Virus record (IMG/VR): IMGVR_UViG_3300046703_000335
Location: 1-64,000 of that record
Length of the DNA stretch: 64,000 nucleotides
Direction: 5' to 3' (one strand)
The notes under the pieces are model-generated. The model was not told where the DNA came from. It did no database searches and saw only the letters and a list, made by a program, of their open reading frames with translations. Position numbers and translations under genes: made by a program. Positions 60,909-64,000 of the stretch are shown here, piece after piece (position 1 is the stretch's first letter; each line of letters begins with the position of its first letter).

Positions 60909-62471
60909 TTACCTAAAAGATCCACGAGAAATCAAAGGCGTTTCCATGATCTCGAAAACCAGGTCAAGCTTAGATTTACGAGATAAAAGAGGGATCAATC
61001 CCGGTAATGCATAATAATCATTACCTTCAGGGGTATAGATATCATATTCAATACCCGCCCTCTTCAAGTTACTAGAAAAGGTATTATCCGCAGGTCCTAT
61101 ATGAATGATCACCACATTTGGACGAACATTAAATGTCTTTGCATACTGTTCGTACACTGTAGTAAACATAGGACTAGCATTTTCACCCTCATCCGTTATC
61201 ACCACAATAGTTTCCACACTCTTTTTCTTTAACAACAAATAATTAAGTGCACAACCCATCGAAGTTGACCCTCCGGCACGTATGGGTCTAAATGCATTCT
61301 CCCAGTCGGTCAAAGAAGTTCCTTTTGCCTCAATCACTGCTGGAGTTGTATCAAATGCTACCACAGTAAGTTCTGCTATTGTAGCACCAGAAATCAATGC
61401 TGCGGTATTCTTACCAACTTCAATTGCTTTATCCATTGATCCGGACCGGTCAACAAATACAGCGGTTGATACTGAAATCTGACCACTCTTTTTGACCTGA
61501 GCATCTGCTACTTTATCCAATTGTGCTAAAACATCTACATCAAGGATACGACCAGTTTTAGCAGCTGTTTTGGACTTAAGTGTCGACACATTCTTTGACT
61601 TTTCAGCCTTTTTCAATTTTTCCTGAATAAGTGCTTTTGTAGCTTCATTAGCCATAGCACCCTTCTCTTCAAGAGAAGCCATGTTATTAATGACTTCCAT
61701 AGAAGACATGCTATTGATAAGAGCCACGAGTATAGTTGGAGTAATTTTATCGATCAACCCAATTGCGATCGTATATGGAATTTTATTTTCCACAATCATC
61801 TTTGCTGCATCAGCCGGTTCTGCTTCTGATATCTTTTTCAAGATAGTCAGCTTAGAGTCTTCTGGTATTTTCCCATCAAAAAGAATAGCTTGAGCTTGTG
61901 CTGAAGGTTTTACTTTAATTTTCTTGTAAAGGCTCTTCAAATCAGCTCGATTCTTCAAAGCGACTGTATCAAATCGATCCTTATCCGCTTCCAACCAACG
62001 CAAATAATTTTTGATTTCAGTTTCAAAAGAGGAAGTGGTATTTCTTTTCATACCTACAGTCTTCTCTTCGATCCGAACTTCATCGATTGACTTCTTATCG
62101 ATCTTGATCTTTTTACCTGTCTTTATCCGAATCTTAACCTTTTTACCTCGGATAAAACCAAGTATTTTATTCTTCATGAAAACCGCATGTTTTCTGAAAA
62201 GAGCAAGACCGACTTCACGATTATCGATAAAGGGATCCGTAATAAGCATGGCTGCAAAGATCTCGTTATGATCCCTGATCTCGCCCTTAGCGAGATACCA
62301 GCAAGCAAGATGCGCATAGAACAACGGATCATTATCCCGAATATCCTCATGGATCTTTTTTAAAACGTCCGTATCACGATGAGGACAAGTCATGAATGAA
62401 TTGAGCACCCTAACACGGATATCCCCTTCAACTACAGGAGCTGCAGGGGGAATAACTCTACGAGTTGTCAT
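60909..62471 (-). CDS. Ro60-like TROVE-vWA domain protein
   Basis: PHRD..., DPLFYAHLA.WY...G.IRDH helical region, IPYTIAIG, ELNNM-like EVINNM, vWA MIDAS VDRSGSM...GST...ITDEGEN. Confidence 0.8.
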   Translation of the reverse strand: MTTRRVIPPAAPVVEGDIRVRVLNSFMTCPHRDTDVLKKIHEDIRDNDPLFYAHLACWYLAKGEIRDHNEIFAAMLITDPFIDNREVGLALFRKHAVFMKNKILGFIRGKKVKIRIKTGKKIKIDKKSIDEVRIEEKTVGMKRNTTSSFETEIKNYLRWLEADKDRFDTVALKNRADLKSLYKKIKVKPSAQAQAILFDGKIPEDSKLTILKKISEAEPADAAKMIVENKIPYTIAIGLIDKITPTILVALINSMSSMEVINNMASLEEKGAMANEATKALIQEKLKKAEKSKNVSTLKSKTAAKTGRILDVDVLAQLDKVADAQVKKSGQISVSTAVFVDRSGSMDKAIEVGKNTAALISGATIAELTVVAFDTTPAVIEAKGTSLTDWENAFRPIRAGGSTSMGCALNYLLLKKKSVETIVVITDEGENASPMFTTVYEQYAKTFNVRPNVVIIHIGPADNTFSSNLKRAGIEYDIYTPEGNDYYALPGLIPLLSRKSKLDLVFEIMETPLISRGSFR

Positions 62472-62529
62472 ATCTTATCTCCAATCTTATATAGTATCTT
62501 ATCTGTTATGGCACTCTATATAAAGTACC

Positions 62530-62790
62530 TTAGCTTTTACCAAACGGAGTATTAGCCCTTACTGTTATGTTCCCGTTTGAGCTAATTTCTATAGCATGGT
62601 CCCTGAATTCATCCATGCCTACATCATATTTCTGGGCTAATGCCATACGAATTTGATCATGATTAACAGATGATGGTGTTATCACTGTTCCGATAGTGAT
62701 ACCCAATGCTTCAAATCGATCTTGTGAAAAAAGATCGCTAAACTTAAGATCATCCTGTCTTCCTCGAAACATTACATGGATATCCTGCAT
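62530..62790 (-). CDS. Ubiquitin-like/beta-grasp small protein ending ...RANTPFG-KS
   Basis: GGAGG SD before ATG 62790; IHV.F.GR..D N-terminus and G.I.VR...FG C-terminus; E1 and JAB in the same region. Confidence 0.6.
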   Translation of the reverse strand: MQDIHVMFRGRQDDLKFSDLFSQDRFEALGITIGTVITPSSVNHDQIRMALAQKYDVGMDEFRDHAIEISSNGNITVRANTPFGKS

Positions 62791-62845
62791 ACACACCTCC
62801 TATAGATGTTGTTAATATAATGTTGTGTCAAAATTTTTTAAACTT

Positions 62846-63157
62846 TTATTTACAAATTTTTAATCGCCATTGAACAAATATATTAAGTTTTGAATTATTG
62901 ATATATAATGCCACATTATCAAATTCAGTTTCATAGAGAAATTCATGTATTTTATTACCATCACCATAAAAATTCTTAAGTAACCATCTTATTAACAATT
63001 CTTCTATATCCCATCCTTTAAGCTCTCTGAACTCCAATATCTTAATTGCTTTATGCACTACTTCTTCATAAAACTCAATAGAGCCCGTAGCACCCTTACG
63101 ACCTTTAAGAATATTATGTAACACTAAACAATCAGTTATAAGATAAGTATTCTTCAT
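62846..63157 (-). CDS. Hypothetical protein
   Basis: ORF. Confidence 0.5.
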   Translation of the reverse strand: MKNTYLITDCLVLHNILKGRKGATGSIEFYEEVVHKAIKILEFRELKGWDIEELLIRWLLKNFYGDGNKIHEFLYETEFDNVALYINNSKLNIFVQWRLKICK

Positions 63158-63200
63158 ACTATAACTAATATACTTTTATAAAACGAGAATACAAAGTAAA

Positions 63201-63243
63201 AAAGAAACCCCGATAGAACTTTTTGCTCTACCGGGGTTTCTTT
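63201..63243. terminator. Intrinsic terminator ending the tRNA region
   Basis: AAAGAAACCCCG...CGGGGTTTCTTT stem. Confidence 0.85.
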
Positions 63244-63263
63244 TATGAAGATCGTAAGAAAAA

Positions 63264-63374
63264 TCAATAAGAAGTAGAGCACCTTATGGGTGGAGCAGTT
63301 GGGTTACTTTGGGATACCCACTTATGGTATCCAAGAAACTTTTTTAATGCTGATGTTTTGTAACTTTTTCTCAT
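63264..63374 (-). CDS. Possible 36-aa peptide (MRKSYKTSALKKFLGYHKW...)
   Basis: Manual translation; weak SD; overlaps two small hairpins. Confidence 0.25.
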   Translation of the reverse strand: MRKSYKTSALKKFLGYHKWVSQSNPTAPPIRCSTSY

Positions 63375-63432
63375 ATCCGTGCTATCCTAAAATATTTAAA
63401 AAATTACGCAGAAGTTAGGGATGCTAATTTTT

Positions 63433-63508
63433 TGGCTTCTAATGATGGACTTGAACCATCGACGCATTTCTTATAAGGAAATTGCCCTACCAACTGGGCT
63501 AATTAGAA
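63433..63508 (-). tRNA. tRNA-Ile(UAU), CCA encoded
   Basis: TTCTAAT/ATTAGAA acceptor, GCCC D stem, ATTTC-CT TAT AA-GAAAT, GATGG-TTCAAGT-CCATC, G73-CCA. Confidence 0.88.
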
Positions 63509-63551
63509 AATGTAAGCAACCAAAGTAATTGCGTAATTTTTATTATTGTTT

Positions 63552-63576
63552 GTTTCAATCCGCGCTTTTCAGCGAC
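63552..63576 (-). CRISPR. Solitary minimised type I-C-like repeat unit 1
   Basis: GTCGCTGAAAAGCGCGGATTGAAAC. Confidence 0.55.
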
Positions 63577-63733
63577 TATATAAAAATGAGCTAATATAAG
63601 AATCTCTACCTAAGTCGTTCGTACTATATGATGACCAGATACCCATACTGGGCAGTGATCATCAAGTTTTTTTTACCCAAAAAAAATGTAAGTCCAAACT
63701 ATAATGGTAAAAATTCTATTAATTCGTTTGTTC

Positions 63734-63758
63734 GTTTCAATCCACGCTTTTCAGCGAC
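63734..63758 (-). CRISPR. Solitary minimised type I-C-like repeat unit 2
   Basis: GTCGCTGAAAAGCGTGGATTGAAAC. Confidence 0.55.
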
Positions 63759-63798
63759 TGTACAAAAGTAAAAAAGTTGAAACTACAGAAGTCGTGCA

Positions 63799-63873
63799 TG
63801 CTAGTCTGAGGGATTTGAACCCCCTACCTATTGATTAGAAGTCAATTGCTCTACCAAATGAGCTAATGTAAGC
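63799..63873 (-). pseudogene. Pseudo-tRNA-Arg(UCU) with disrupted acceptor stem
   Basis: Intact D, anticodon (ATTGA-CT TCT AA-TCAAT) and T arms; 5' GCTTACAT pairs only 4/8 with AGACTAGC. Confidence 0.7.
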
Positions 63874-63889
63874 CTTCACTGTAATTGTA

Positions 63890-63922
63890 GTTTCAACCAA
63901 GTACCCTATTCATCAGGGTTAC
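63890..63922 (-). CRISPR. Solitary CRISPR-repeat-like unit 3 (different type)
   Basis: GTAACCCTGATGAATAGGGTACTTGGTTGAAAC: 5-bp hairpin ACCCT/AGGGT plus TTGAAAC end. Confidence 0.4.
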
Positions 63923-64000
63923 ATCTTAATAATACTAAATAATTTTATATTATGCAAATACTATTTTAAAATGAAATCCAATGGATATATAATATAGATC

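Noticed and set aside
228-61893. Plus-strand ORFs and short alternative-frame minus-strand ORFs in the track (for example 228..512, 9884..10456, 14937..15296, 43268..43807)
   Set aside because: They overlap well-supported minus-strand genes and mostly mirror repetitive codons; no SD or motifs
63577-63733. Hammerhead or theta/HDV-like ribozyme between the repeats or after the tRNAs
   Set aside because: UUGAUGA is not followed by stem II-GAAA, and no HDV-like nested pseudoknot was found by eye
52018-63922. Complete CRISPR-Cas system
   Set aside because: No cas genes and no regular multi-spacer array
1-64000. Eukaryotic giant virus origin (collagens, RCC1, HRxGGPA repeats, glycan genes)
   Set aside because: SD motifs, overlapping operons, tmRNA, a lipobox protein, intrinsic terminators and an SLT indicate a bacteriophage

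Overview
AT-rich window from a large tailed dsDNA bacteriophage (jumbo-phage-like). Every credible gene is on the minus strand with Shine-Dalgarno (SD) motifs. A lipoprotein/spanin-like gene suggests a Gram-negative host. Layout: (1) 1-16.5 kb, tail/fibre block: a beta-propeller fibre, two Thr-rich collagen-like fibres, an RCC1 protein and an embedded GT8-GT9 glycosyltransferase; (2) 18.4-35.6 kb, about 18 glycan genes: GDP-fucose synthase, methyltransferases, pyruvyltransferase, an ABO-like GT6 and many GT2s, with tmk and a lytic transglycosylase near the right end; (3) 36-51 kb, accessory genes: Thg1-like, UDG, AAA+ ATPase, spanin-like, T4 Rnl1-type RNA ligase, ATP-grasp, radical SAM; (4) 51.5-64 kb, an RNA and protein-tagging region: tmRNA with a 26-aa tag, degenerate CRISPR I-C-like repeats, an unassigned structured RNA, a ThiF/E1 enzyme, two circularly permuted tRNA-mimic RNAs (YrlA-type Y RNAs), an SPFH protein, a JAB peptidase, a Ro60/TROVE-vWA protein, a ubiquitin-like protein ending ...PFG-KS, and tRNAs interleaved with minimised CRISPR-repeat-like units. 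The best candidate for a new system is a phage-encoded Ro60 / Y-RNA / ubiquitin-like (Ubl-E1-JAB) module accompanied by RNA-repair enzymes. All family assignments come from motif recognition by eye; no database searches were run.
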